This document shows, piece after piece, positions 26,670 to 40,000 of a DNA stretch of 64,000 nucleotides. Position 1 is the stretch's first letter. Each line of letters begins with the position of its first letter. Origin of the DNA: the human T2T-CHM13v2.0 reference genome, Homo sapiens; NCBI RefSeq assembly GCF_009914755.1, contig NC_060927.1; one strand, given 5' to 3'. The position numbers were made by a program, and so were the translations under genes. The notes below the pieces were generated by a model. That model saw only the letters and a program-made list of their open reading frames with translations. It made no database searches and was not told the origin of the DNA.

Positions 26670-27600
26670 CAGGCAATCTCAAGGTAGTGTGACAAGCTGA
26701 GGTAAGGAAAGTTTAGGGTACCAGGGAAGGCCAAAGAAGGAGGACCTGACCCTGATAGAATTGTGGATATAGGAAGGTTTCAGAGTAAGTGACTTCTGGA
26801 GATGAGCAGGAATTAGCCAAGTGATTGGAGTTGGAGGAGGAAAAATGTTTCAGGTAGGAAAAAATTCATGCACAGTGGGTCCCCAGCAAGAGGAAATATG
26901 GCAGATTCAGAGATCTCAAAGTGGTTTGCATGGCTGGATTCTTGGCTGAGACCCAATGTACATGAATTTTTTTTGCTGCCTAAAACATTTTTCCTCCAAC
27001 TCCATTCACTTGGCTAATGCCCGCTCATCTCCAGAAGTTATTTACTCTGAGAAACTTTCCTATATCTCCAGTTCTGTCAGGGTCAGGTCCTGCTTCTTTG
27101 GCCTTCCCTGGTACCCTCAACTTTCCTTACCTCTGCTTGTCACACCATCTTGAGATTGCCTGCTGTGGCACAGATTCTACTATCTGGAGCACAGAATAGA
27201 AAGGTGGAGTGAGGAAAACTAAGGCTAGAGAATTTGGGGCCTTATAAATAGGGTGCCCGCATAATTTACATTCTATCATATATAGCTTCCAAATCTAAAC
27301 ACTTTGGAGAGTGAAAGGAGATTCTCTTAGTAAGTATACTGGGACAACAGGCACGAATCATACTATCCCAGGAAAACCAGAGTGAAGTTCATCTGACTGA
27401 CAAGCCATGTTCTGGAGCTTGGACTTTAACCTGTGACAAGACTTTGAAGGGCTCTAAGCAAGGAAAAGACAAGCACAAAGATTTACATTTTAGGAAGCTC
27501 ATTCTGGCTACAGTGTGAAGGATAGATCTGCAGGGGAAGAACAGAGTCAAGGACACCCTAGACTATAGTAATAAGCCAGGTGAGAGAAGACGGATGGCTA
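26670..27600 (-). mobile_element. L2 fragments
   Basis: gagcaggaattagccaag, ttttaggaagctcattctggctacagtgtgaaggataga, ccaggtgagaga. Confidence 0.6.
27249..27397 (+). mobile_element. MER94 (hAT-Blackjack)
   Basis: tagggtg...cataattta...acactttggagagtgaaagg...ctgggacaacaggc. Confidence 0.75.
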
Positions 27601-29114
27601 GGCACTCACATACATGCACACACACGTACACTCAAGCACATACACATACACACACTCATGCTGCTATATATAAAAGCTGGGTTCATTTCAGCCAAATGAA
27701 ATATTCCTGGCCTACAATAGTCTCATAAAGTCGTATTGTTGTTTTCAGGGAGTGATCAGGAACAAAAAGAAGAAACTAACAACTTCAGATCATAATATAC
27801 AGGCTAAGGAATATTTAGTGATAACAGGAGTTCTTCCATTGAACAAACACATGAAGAAGACTCAAAAACATGTAAACACTTCTACAGGACTTTGAGTTCC
27901 AAAAGACTGGCTTTCCTTGAGGATTTCTAATGTGAAATGTGATTGGTATGTACATCCAGCAGAAATACCCACTGTGCTTTGTGCCCAAGACAGCTCAGAA
28001 ATGGGGTAGGTTCCAATTGCCTGGATTGGTAGCACTAGTGATTTGTGTCTGAGATCTTCTGGGTGTTTATGCTAAGAGCCCTAAAATGAAATGAGCCATC
28101 ATTATTATTTGGATTCTTTCCACTGGGGCAAGAGGCCTTTGCTGAACCATCTTTAAGATGAACACATTTGCTGCTCTGTGGTTGGAGGGGATGAGCTAAG
28201 ATTGGAAAAGATGCATTTGTGATGTTGCATTGCATCTTGTGTGAGAACCTGGAGGTGAGGCAGCATTTCTCAGTGAGCAATTCTAATCAAGGAGAATTAA
28301 CCCTAACTATTGGTAGAACAGAACACCCATAAACAGTGATCCACAGGCTCCAGGGGATCTCCTTTCCATCCTGCTGATGCCAAGAGTCATGCCTTTCCTG
28401 TCACACTTGGCCTCCTTTCTCTCTTTGTCTGTGTCTTGTTTTTGTTTTTTTCTTTCTCATTTTATTTTAGCACATATTACATTCTAACAGCCATGTACAG
28501 AGCTCTTTGATATAAAAGTATAGCAAAAATATTCATGCTTTTGTCCCAAGTTCGAACTGAATGCAGCAATCACATTCGTCTATGATCCCATCCCCATCAA
28601 ACCCTTAATCATATGCGTATGTCCTCTTTTGCTTATTTTGCAATTTTGCAGCACAGTCTAGCATGCTCACAATGCAAATCTCTCCCTCGCCTCTACTGTT
28701 GTGCTCCCTCATTTCCTCCCAGGGCCTTCCAAGTCAGGTTTTGTAGCTGTTCCAGTCTCATGGTGTTTTCTAATCCACATTTCCAGCCACCTTGTCTTCT
28801 TGCCTACAGCTGTTCCATTGCTGACTTTGTTGCTCCTTTTCCTTTTTCCATCTGCCAGCCTTATACAATTCTCAAAATATTTTAAAGACAAATGCTTTTG
28901 AATAATAGCGGTAGCTAACACTTTCTGACAGCTTCCAATGTGACAGGATGAGAAATGAGCCCTCTGCAAGGACTGCTTATGTCACCTTCACCTCCATCAG
29001 TGAGGTAGGTGTTTTATTAGCCACGTTGGACAGAATTGGACACTGAAGTCAAGTGCACAGTCACAAAGTGTAGAACCTGGTAAGAAAAAGCCCCAAGTGC
29101 CTGATATAGAGTAT

Positions 29115-29727
29115 GTGTATGAGTTAGAATTGTGTTTGGCTGCAAGTAATAGAAAGGAAAGGAAAAAACCTCACTCCAATTTTAAAAAAAAGTTTTATTT
29201 TTAATTACAAACAATTATATATATTTATGGGGTACCAACTCCAATATTTTAAATGGGGATATAGTTTTACCACATTGCAAGAGATCCAGAGTTAGGTAGA
29301 TACCTAGATTGGTTCAGCAAATCAACTGTGCTAGGACAGATGTCTTTCAAGATGGCTGTACAGCTCTAGTGCCACATCCGCTTTCACAGCCAGAAGAAAC
29401 AGGACCTCCTTCTTAGACATTTTGCTTATTAAAGAAGGAAACTATGCCCTACCCCACCACTACTACCACCACAAGAAAATTTCCCTTACTCTTCACTGGC
29501 CAGAACTGGGCAACCCCCTCCCGTCCCCCAGTAGATCAGTTATTGTCCAGTGGTAAGGAATTTGCCATGACTGATTTACACCCCTCCTACTTCATTCCTT
29601 GGAGTTGGGGTAGAGACCTGCACACATTAAGCTATCTTTAATTCAATAATGGAACAGACTGGAATTACGTTGCAGGGAAGAAGTAATGGAGATGGCCATT
29701 GGAGAGGCAATTTATAGTATCTACCAA
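29115..29727 (-). mobile_element. MLT1K-like LTR containing a tiny L1MA 3' tip
   Basis: gttagaattgtgtttggctgcaagtaatagaaa...caagatggctg...tcactggccagaactggg. Confidence 0.65.
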
Positions 29728-30819
29728 AACTTAATGGAAGTTTGTCTCCATCCCTACTTCCTTTAGAATAGAGAGAAATTTATTCCAGGTCATACTCTTT
29801 CAAGTTGAGTTTTCAGTATGGCAGCTGAATTCAGGTGGGTAGCCCTTGTGAATGGCATAAGGTAACTCTAGACCTTAGAGTCAGTCAAATTTTTAGAAAA
29901 CAGCTAAAGCTTGCTGCCATTCCTCCAAATACCTGAAAGTGATTTAAACAGCACTATCAACATATTTGAAGAACTCTTAAGTATTTTGTGGGACTCAGTG
30001 TAAATTGATTCCATGGTAATTTGAAGCACCAAAGACTAAATATTATTCCCCTACCTCATTTTGATCTATGATTATCTGATGTTTATTTAAAAGTAATGGG
30101 TCATCTTGTCAGCTGATGGACAAACATCTTCCTTGGGAGATAAAGCACCCAACCAAATAACTCAATTTTCTAGCCTTCATTTGAGACTGCCAGAATGTGG
30201 ATGTGAATCCTGGAGATGCAGCGACCACCTTGCAACCATGATGCAGCAAGCATGAAGACAAAGCCAGTACTGAGGGGGACAGAGCAAAGTACTAGCAGAC
30301 TGAGAGGTGCTGACATTGCATAGCTACTACACAGGCCTGCATCATCTATCCCCAGACTTCCTGATAGCTGAAAAAACAGTATTTAAAGCCCTGTATGTGG
30401 GTTTCTGTTACCAGCAGCCTAGTACAATTGCAACTGATGTAGTTTTGTGTTGCAATTAAAACAATTGCCATGTAGATGGAAGTGGGGTTTCAGAACATTT
30501 TGGGATAAAAGAAAACTTGAGCCTCATCTGAATAAGTAATTTTCACTTAAAATTATTAACTAGCCTGGAGTAGAAGTGACCAATCCTAAATGTCCTTTTG
30601 GGCTCATCCTCGCTTCACTTGCCTCTCTTCCTAAATATATAACCACTGAAAATCCCTTAGCTTGGTGTCTGACCTGTAGTGAGTACTCAAAAAATATTAC
30701 AGATTATTAAGTTTTTAAGGCTATTTCAGTTTCACTTTCACCATCTTTGAAGTAATGGCAATAATATTCTGCCAAATTGTCAAGATTAACAGAAGTGACA
30801 TATGTGAAGCAGCCAGAAC

Positions 30820-31110
30820 ATTCAATCATTCATGCAACAAACATGACTTGAGCACCCATGATGTGCCAGGCACTGAGGATACAAAAGCAAACAAGATAGA
30901 CAGAGACTCTGCTGTCATCCTTCTGGGGGCAGACAGATCTGTAAACACTTTGGCCAACTAGGTTGTTGGCTGGTGATTGTGCTGCTAAGAGACAAAAACA
31001 GGTGCTGGGATAGAGATGTGTGGGCAGGGTTTTATTTCAGTCTGGGTCAGGGAAGGCCTCAGTGAGGAGGTGACCTCTAAGCTGAAAGTGAATGATGAGA
31101 GAGTGCAAAG
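30820..31110 (-). mobile_element. L2
   Basis: cattcatgcaacaaaca...gagcacccatgatgtgccaggcactg...gtcagggaaggcctc. Confidence 0.8.
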
Positions 31111-31789
31111 GGAGACAAATAACTCAATAGATAGTCTTTCTACTACTTATTTATATTGTTTTGTCACTTAAGCCTTGCAACAACTTTATTATATTACTCC
31201 CATTATGCAAATTGCAAAAATTGAAGTCTAGTAAAGTTAAGTAACTCACTTAAGATTACAACACAAATAAGGGCACAGCCAACATTTGAACCACCATTTA
31301 GCCTGAAATGAGAGCTGAACTCCAATACTGTTTAAAGGATAGCCTCTCTGCCAAGATATTTTTATGCTGCTGCAAGTATGAGCAAAAGAGAGGGAGCCTC
31401 TCAGCAGGTGGGCTTCAGCAAGAGTTAAGACCATGCCTTGGAAATAACTGACTGAGTTCAAGCTGCAGAGCACATGGTTCTTGCCTGCTCATCTGGGTGT
31501 CTTGTGCCTGGCTGCCTGATGAACAGGATTGGGAACTCAGTGTGATTTCAAAATATCACCAAGATGCCCTGTGTTTAAGACTCTAGAGAGTCTGGAAAGA
31601 TGAGACATTGGTTCTATTCCAATAGCCAATGTCATTCCAGAGCCATCTTTGCCCTATCAACTTGTGTAATACGTTGGTGTCTTAAGCCTCAATTCTGCCT
31701 GATAATATGTTAATGAAGAAGAAAATTTTGAGAGGGAAATTTTCATTGCACTCCCCTTAAAACTCTAACATTGTTTTCTTCATGCAAAA

Positions 31790-32275
31790 AATAATGCTTG
31801 AGCACCTACTATGTGTCAAATACAGTGAAAAGGACAGATAGGTTCACTGTTTTCATCAGGCTTTCATCAAGAGTAACAGAAGGAGAAAATATAATAAAAT
31901 GAACAACAGAATCTCAGGAATAAAGTGATGAGAGGAAAATAAAACTGTGGAAAGAGAGGGACAGGCCTACTTCAGAGAGGCTGGCCAGGGAGGACAGGTG
32001 AACTGAGGCCTGAGGAAGGGATGACAAGGAAGAGCCAGCCCTGAGACCATCTGGGCACAGCGTTCCACAGTCCCACCCAGCAACACCACTTGAGAAAGGA
32101 GAAACCTTGTAGCATTCAAGAAACAGAAAAAACAGGCCAGTAGAGCAGAACATGGCAAAGCAGGGGAGGAAGGAGTGGGTTGAAGTGGAAGAGATAGGCA
32201 GGGGTCACATCATGTGGGACCTTCCTGGACACAATAAAAAACTGGAGTTGCCTATTAGTTCAGTGAAAGCCACAG
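31790..32275 (-). mobile_element. L2
   Basis: gagcacctactatgtgtc...ggagaaaccttgtagcattcaagaaacagaaaaaacaggccagt. Confidence 0.75.
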
Positions 32276-33417
32276 GAGTGCCACTGTGGCGAGCATACAC
32301 ATGTGCTCTTTTATGCATGGAAAGCTTGGGGGCCCCAATCCCACCCCCAATCACCATTGAGGGGCCTCTGTGAGAGCCTGGTGTCTACCTTTGCCTTGGT
32401 CCATTCCTGGATTTCTGGAAAGATAACTGGAATATGAATGAAGCTTTCTGGATGGTGTGGAGCACCATCTTCCTACATGGATGGATGCTTCCTGTGCAAG
32501 CATCCATCACTGGGAGATGACAGATACTCCAGGAGGCTAGAAGCCAAGTGAAAAATATTCCTGTTTTTCTTTCTCCACTTCGGCATATACGTATTTCAAG
32601 AAACAAGCCTTTTCCTCACCAACCTGTCCCACAGCCACCCTGAATTTCCCTGGTGTAAATGGACATGGTCATTTCATGCTAACCTCATGGAATACTCTGA
32701 ATACTAGTGAAACAGGTCCTTGGTCCAGCCCTGTGTAGTCATTTATTGGAAGTAATTTTGAGTAGAAAATGTCCTTCTCAGGATTTTTAGCTCTTATATG
32801 AAAGTATTCCAATGCTACTCTCAAGAACCCAGAAAGGTCAGATATTTTAGTTTAAGCCCATCTCTAATTAATTGTAGTATTTATGTTTAAATAGATCAAT
32901 AGCTGAGTTTGACCTCAATGTACAATGTGAGCTTTACAATATCATTGCAATATGAAGGAAGCTGTGATGTGTGGGCCAGGCAGACCACTTATATCGAACT
33001 CAGCAATATGGACGAGAAGCTTTTGTTCTAATGAACATTGTATTTCAATGTTAAAAATGGGAAAGCCACACTTGGGTTCCATCCACAGCTGAGCTCTGAA
33101 CCTGAAAGGAACAGGAGGATCCTGGGGGAAAGAATTATAGTCTCCTTTTAGCAGTAAGACAAACCCAGCTGGCTGGAAACCACAGCCATGGCTCCAAGTC
33201 AGTTTGTCTTCTTGAAGAGGAAAAATAGAGAAAAATGAACAATTCTCTCATAACTTACACACATTATTCTTTTGCATTCAACAATTATTTTGAGAATTAT
33301 TCTTAAATGAATCATACTTGGGGGAAAGTGGAACTCTGACAAAAGGGGTTGGGGCCAAATTTGATTGAGAAGATATGTTAGCATCTTTTCAAGAATGTTC
33401 ATTTAGTGAATATTTGC

Positions 33418-34127
33418 CTGATCTCCTGACTTTACAGATGAGAAAACTGAGGCCAGAGAATGCATGTAATTTGCTCCAATTAGAAAACTCTATTATCTGG
33501 AATCCCAGTCCAGAGCTATTCAGAACATACATATACACTACACTTGGACCCACACACTCATAGAGAGACATGTCCACAAACACCAACACCTATGCACTCC
33601 TGCATATACACACATGTGGTCCCAAGGACAAAAAAAAGCCTCCTCAAAGAAGCAACTTGAAGGGCATTGGGCCAGCACTCAATCTCTGATTCTCTGTGTG
33701 AAATTACACCATTAAAATTCTTTATTTTGTATCTTGACTTTTATTTTCTGGAGACATCTATTAAAATGCAAATGTTCTTAGGGAAGAGTAATGCTGTTAA
33801 CTATCTGATTATTAATGAAGAATTTAGGCAGAAAATATGGCTTCCTATGAAAGTGGTGCACTTCATGTGTGCATGCCTGTGTATGTCTGTGTTTGTGTTT
33901 GTGTGTACCTTTGTGAGTGTGTGACTGTATGCAAGTGTGTACATATGTGTCTCTATATGTGGGAGTCCATACATGTTAGTGTGTGTCTCTATGTGAATTT
34001 GTCCATGTGTAATGTAAATGTATGTTCTGAATAGCTCTGGATTAGAAGTCCACATAATAGAATTTCCTAATTGGAGTAAGTCAATTCTCTGGCCTCAGTT
34101 TTCTCATCTGTAAAGTCAGGAGATCAG
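33418..34127. repeat. Inverted duplication, arms ~33418-33618 and ~33940-34127
   Basis: 33418-33461 is the exact 44-bp reverse complement of 34084-34127; a further exact 24-mer tccagagctattcagaacatacat is shared. Confidence 0.95.
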
Positions 34128-34689
34128 ATAGAATGTCTTTCAGGTTTTCTCATTCTCAAATGCTCTCTGTACAATTTTGCCCAGAGCCAGCCCTTTCTGG
34201 CCTGTGTAGTAAACTTTATTGTCTGATTGTAAATTAAATAATTACTTTTACCTCTCACCAACAATAAGCACAAGTTATTCAATAACTGTGAAAAAAATTC
34301 ACAAAAGTACCAATTTTTTAAAAGACGGAGCAAAATGAGCAATGTTTTCCTGTCATTTTAAATTTATCTGTTGTACTTTCTGGAAGATTTGTTGAGTATC
34401 TTTGGAAGAATAGATGCTAAACTATCTCCCTGCCCATTCTATGGTATCCTTACAAGAAATAAATGGTGTGTCAGAGCTCAGAGGGGACCTCTGCGGATGA
34501 AGGTGCTGACCAAGCAAAGTACTCAGCTTGTGCAAGATGGTCTGTTTCCTGAGGAAAAGGGAAGGAGGAATGACGGGAAATAATCACAGCTTCCTTTCCC
34601 ACGTATTACAAAAACCAGAATATTAACAAATCACACTTATCCCAGACTAGTCTATTTTTCCTTTTTACTTATCATATTATCTATATGAT

Positions 34690-34890
34690 TCCCTGGGATA
34701 CCATTTATTAGCTACGTGACTTGGGCAAGTTGTCTAACCCTTCTGTGCTTCAGTTTCTTCATATGTAAAGTGAGGATAATAACAGTAATTAACTCATAGG
34801 GCAGGTATAAAGTCTAGATAAGTTATTGTATATAAAGCCTTTAGAATACTACCTGGCACTTACTAAACATTACATACATATTAGCTAGTG
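34690..34890 (+). mobile_element. MIR
   Basis: gtgacttgggcaagttg...ctgtgcttcagtttcttcatatgtaaagtgaggataata. Confidence 0.85.
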
Positions 34891-35118
34891 TGTTTAATTT
34901 TGTTATTCAAAATATGAGCATTTTCATGCTAGTGAAGTGCACCATTGAAAATGGTAAACCTGGAAGCCAGCAGCTAGAAAATTCCAGGGCTTCCTTCTCT
35001 TGGCTTTTACGTCAATAAATTAAAATCTGATATTTGCATTTCCACATACTGAACAACAGTTGGGAGCCAAGTACCAGTAAATCTGTTTACTGTTGTTACA
35101 GTAAAACAACTGTATTGT

Positions 35119-35494
35119 TGCCTTGGTCAGTTCAGGCTGCTGTAACAGAATATCATACACTGACTGGGTGGTGTAAACAACAAGCATTTACTTTTTACAT
35201 GTTTGCAGGCTGGGAAGTCCAAGATGGAGGTGCTGAAAGGCATGGTGTCTGGTGAGAGCCCATTTCCTAGTTCATAGATGGCTATATCACTGTGTCCTCA
35301 CATAGTGGAAAGAGGGCAAGAGAGCTCTCTGGGGTCTCTTTATAAGGTCACTAATTCCATTCATGAGGGCTCCACCCTCATAAACTAATTACCTCCCAAA
35401 GGTCCCACTTACTAATGCCATCACACTGGTGATTAAGATTTCAACATACAAATTTTGAGGGGACACACACATGCACACATTCAGTCCATTGCGA
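35119..35494 (-). mobile_element. MLT1A0-like LTR
   Basis: ggctgggaagtccaagat...ccattcatgagggctccaccctcat...tttcaacatacaaattttg. Confidence 0.88.
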
Positions 35495-35900
35495 CGGTGT
35501 TTTCTGGGGTAGTAAAAATAGATTTCCATGCCCCAACACTGAAAGCAGGGAAAGCTTAGAGCCACCTGTTATCCTTACTGCTTCCTCTATATCATATTAA
35601 TATGATATAATTTAAAATGACAGTTTGCCACAGCTTTTGAGCAGATAATGCACTTAATTTTGTAGTGTAGAAACATGAGTCTCTTTTTAATGCCATATAT
35701 TTGATTTTTAGTAGCTGGTGAAAGCATTTTCCTCCAGGATGAATCCGTTCTATGCTGAACCAGGTTGTCTTGGATGAAGGACCTCTCTCCCACACCAGCT
35801 GGGTGTGCCTGCAGTCCACTTTCTCATCTATACTCACCCACCCTCCTTAACCAACACAATTATTTCATTAGCAGGCTAAAAATACACAGTCTTAACATAG

Positions 35901-36270
<370 letters not shown>

Positions 36271-36304
36271 TAAAGCCACATTTTGACATGCAGCTGAAAA
36301 GCCT

Positions 36305-37561
36305 TTTTTAAAAACTTTTATTTTAGGTTCGGGGATACATGTGAAGGTTTGTTACATAGGTAAACTCGTGTCATGAGGGTTTGTTGTACAGATTATTTCA
36401 TCATGCAAGAATTAAGCCTAGTACCCAATAGTTATCTTTTCTGCTCCTCTCCCTCCTTCCACCCTCCACCCTCAAGTAGACCCCAGTGTCCGCTGTTTTC
36501 TTCTTTGTGTTCATAAGTTCTCTTCATTTAGCTCCCGCTTGTGAGAACAAGTGGTATTTGGCTTTCTGTTCCTGCATTAGTTTGCTGAGGATGATAGCCC
36601 CCAGCTCCATCCATGTTTCCACAAAAGACATGATCTCATTCTTTCATATGGCTGCATAGCATTCCATGGTGTATATGTACCACATTTTTAAAAAATCCAA
36701 TCTGTCATTGATGGGCATTCAGACTGATTCTATGTCTTTGCTATTGTGTATAGTGCTGCAGTGAACATTCACATACATGTGTCCTTATCGTAGAATGATT
36801 TATAATCCTCTGGGTATATACCCAGTAATGGAATTGCTGGGTCAAATGGTAGTTCTGCTTTTAGCTCTTTGAGGAATCACCACAGTGCTTTCCACAATGG
36901 TTGAACTAATTTACACTCCCACCAATCATGTATAAGTGTTCCCTTTTCTCCACAACCTTACCAGCATCTGTTATTTTTTGATGTTTTAGTAATAGGCATT
37001 CTGACTGGTGTGAGATGGTATCTTGTTGTGGTTTCGATTTGCGTTTCTCTAATGATCAGTGATATTAAGCTTTTTGTCATATGCTTGTTGGCTACATGTC
37101 TGTCTTCTTTTGAGAAGTGTCTGTTCATGTCCTTTGCCTATTTTTTGGTGGGGTTGTTTGTTTTCTCTTGTAAATTTAAGTTCCTTATAGAGGCTGGATA
37201 TTAGACCTTTGTCTGATGCACAGTTTGCAAGTATTTTTTCCCATTCTGTAGGTTGTCTATTTACTCTGTTGATAGTTTCTTTTGATGTGCAGAAGCTCCT
37301 AAGGTTAATTAGATCCCAGTTGTCAATTTTTGCTTTTATTGCAATTGCTTTTTGTGTCTTTGTCATGAACTCTTTGCCCATTCCTTTGTCCAGGATGGTA
37401 TTGCCTAGGTTGTCTTTTGGGGTTTTTATAGTTTTGGGTTTTACATTTAATTCTTTATTCTATCTTGAGTTTATTCTTGTATATGGTATAAGGAAAAAGT
37501 CCAGCTTCGGTCTGTTGCATATGGCTAGCCAGTTATCCCAGCACCATTTACTGAATATGGA
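36305..37561 (-). mobile_element. L1PA13-16-type 3' fragment (ORF2 C-terminus + 3' UTR)
   Basis: ORF 37049-37381(-) [32 protein letters not shown] matches L1 ORF2; typical 3' UTR. Confidence 0.93.
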
Positions 37562-38229
37562 GAAAACTCTTAATCATCAAATAATTCAGTCCCTTCTAAT
37601 TGAATCCTTGTGGGTAGATAATAGATTCAACTCAAAATTCCTCCCCCAACCCATTTAGAGGATGAATGCCAGACTACAAATAATTGCTCTGACTTTGGAC
37701 TGAGACATTTTATCCTTAAGCCCCCCTCAGTCACCTCCACTACCACTGAGGTAGGGATTATGTCTCTTGTTCCACCTTTTTTCCAAGGCCAGTCTTAACT
37801 TCTGGAGCAAATGTTCCTAGCTGATATAGTTTGGGGCCTGCTATCACTGAACTGTCAACATAGGAAGATTTTTCTGTCACTGAATTGTCACAGGCAGAGA
37901 GGGATACCCTTGCAGATCAGCTCCATGGAAACCATGCTGCCTCCTACCTGCCTTCCATACCTTTGATATGGCCCTTTGGAGCTGCCAGTTTTCTGAGGCT
38001 CAGCCAAGTCTAGCATCAGGTCTGCAGTGCATGGGGAACCTGCAGAACCTAGAGCACAGTAAGATCAACCTAGGCTCGCCCCTATCAGAATTGAGCATAT
38101 GGCTCTCAAACCTCAACTGCCTTCCAAGCCTGTCTCCAATGGTTCTAGGAACTTTTTTGGATGTTCTCTAGAGCTACAGAATTTGGAGCATCTTGGGAGA
38201 ATGGAAGCATGTAAGTGCATCGCTATCTC

Positions 38230-38938
38230 AGGAACTGAAAGAAAAACTACATAGACAAAATAAATTTAACAGTTATTTGAGCATTAAAGGAATCAGGTAA
38301 CACTCAAAGCCAGAAGAGGTTCAGGGAGTTCTGCTCTAACAGCAAGAGCAGTGGGCTTTTGTAGCCTATACACTGTAGCAAAGTAATTACAGGCAGCCAT
38401 TTGTATTCATGGGCTTCGCATTGCAAATTCAACCAACCACAGATATCCAGGAAAAGAAAATTGCACAAAGTTCCAAAAAGCAAAGCTTGAATTTGTTATG
38501 CACGGAGTATTACATTGAATCCACTCAGATGAAGTGATGTGTAGACATTGTATTAGGTATTATAAGTAATCTACTGATAATTTGAGTATATAGGAGGATA
38601 TGCATAGGTCAGGTGCAAATAAATTATGCAAGATACTTGAGAATCCTTGGATTTTGATATCAGTGGGGGTCCTAAAACGAATCTCCTACAAATGAGGAGA
38701 GACTGTAGTACTTGACTGGCTATAACTAGGCATTTGCCTTATTTGGGTATGACCTGGTGGAAAGACCCTAGTTAGAGGTTAGCTGTCAGTTTCTGATTGG
38801 TAAAGTCTCTAGTTGGAGGTTTCTGATTGGTTAGGCTTAAATTAATTTTATTGTTTCTATTGAGATGGGTTTTGGTTTGCTTATGTAGGAACCCAAGGCA
38901 CTGGAGTTGTCTCGGCCTAATGGTTGATTCTTTTAACA
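38230..38938 (-). mobile_element. ERV1 LTR (MER31/MER67-like) interrupted by a Tigger element
   Basis: repeated tttctgattgg (CCAAT), ggtttgcttatgtaggaaccc, terminal tttaaca. Confidence 0.55.
38390..38705. mobile_element. Tigger3a/MER2-type DNA transposon
   Basis: TA-flanked cag...ctg; ttcaaccaaccacagat, ttgtattaggtattataagtaatcta, ggattttgatatc. Confidence 0.82.
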
Positions 38939-39544
38939 CAGGCTACATCACAGCCTCTTTACCCAAACACCCATTTTTGTTTTAAGCCATGTGAGGAACA
39001 AGCTGGGTTCTGTCAGGTACAACTGAAAGCAACTTTATTCTTTCCTCATGACTGCCTTGCCTACCCAGTTTGTAGGATAGTTCTTTCCCCTGCCACCTCC
39101 TTAGATGAAAATCGAGCAGGTCCATGCCTTTTCTGGTTACTCCTGACTAATACATCTTCTGGTCACTTCAGTCCTCAAAAAGCCTCAAGCCAATAATAAA
39201 TATGTCTAGTCCTATCTGATAATCAAAACTCTGAACTTTATTTCAGGTTATGTCTTCTCTCTTCATGTAGATGGATCTTGTAAGCCTGTGGTCCACTTAT
39301 CTGTTTCCCCACTCTGCTTGGTCTGGTGGCCTAGCAGAAAAGGGGTTACTTGACTGGCTTCTATAATGGTATTGGTTCATTCTGCTAGGACAGATCGTTA
39401 AAGCCATCCTCCATCTTCCATTTCCCTGCATTGTCTGTGACAGGTCACTTACAATGCTTTCTGCAGTCCCTGGACACTGCTGGTACACCTCCAGGCTCTT
39501 TCAGTTAAGATCTCCTAACTTCTATGTAGGGTCTTGTTGGATAG

Positions 39545-40000
39545 TGTTATGGGTGGAATTGTGTCTGCTCCTAGAAAGCTATGTTGAATTTGTAACTTCA
39601 GTACCTCAGAATGTGACCTTATTCGGAAATAGGGTATTTGCAGATAAAATGAATTTGAGAAAAAGTCATACTAGATTAGGGTGATTCCTAAATATGATGA
39701 TCACTATCCTCATAAGAAGAGGAAAATTTGGACACAAACACATGCAGTGAAGAAGGCCATGTAATGACAGAGGCAGAGATTGGAGTTTTGCTGCTACAAG
39801 CCAAAGTTTGCAAGGACTGTCAGCAACCACCAGAATCTAGAAGAACAGATTTCCCTCTGAGCCCCCAAGAATAAGCCAAGCCTATCCACACCTTGATTTA
39901 AGACTTCTATTCTCCAGAACTCTGTGTGAATACATTTCTATTTTTTGAGCCACATAGTTTATGCTGTTTTCTTACAGCAGCACTAGGAAACTAATATACA
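39545..40000 (+). mobile_element. MLT1C-like LTR
   Basis: cagtacctcagaatgtgaccttattcggaaataggg...gcagcactaggaaactaata. Confidence 0.88.

Noticed and set aside
38789-38832. Repeated gtttctgattgg (CCAAT boxes)
   Set aside because: Intrinsic to the ERV1 LTR; no evidence of activity
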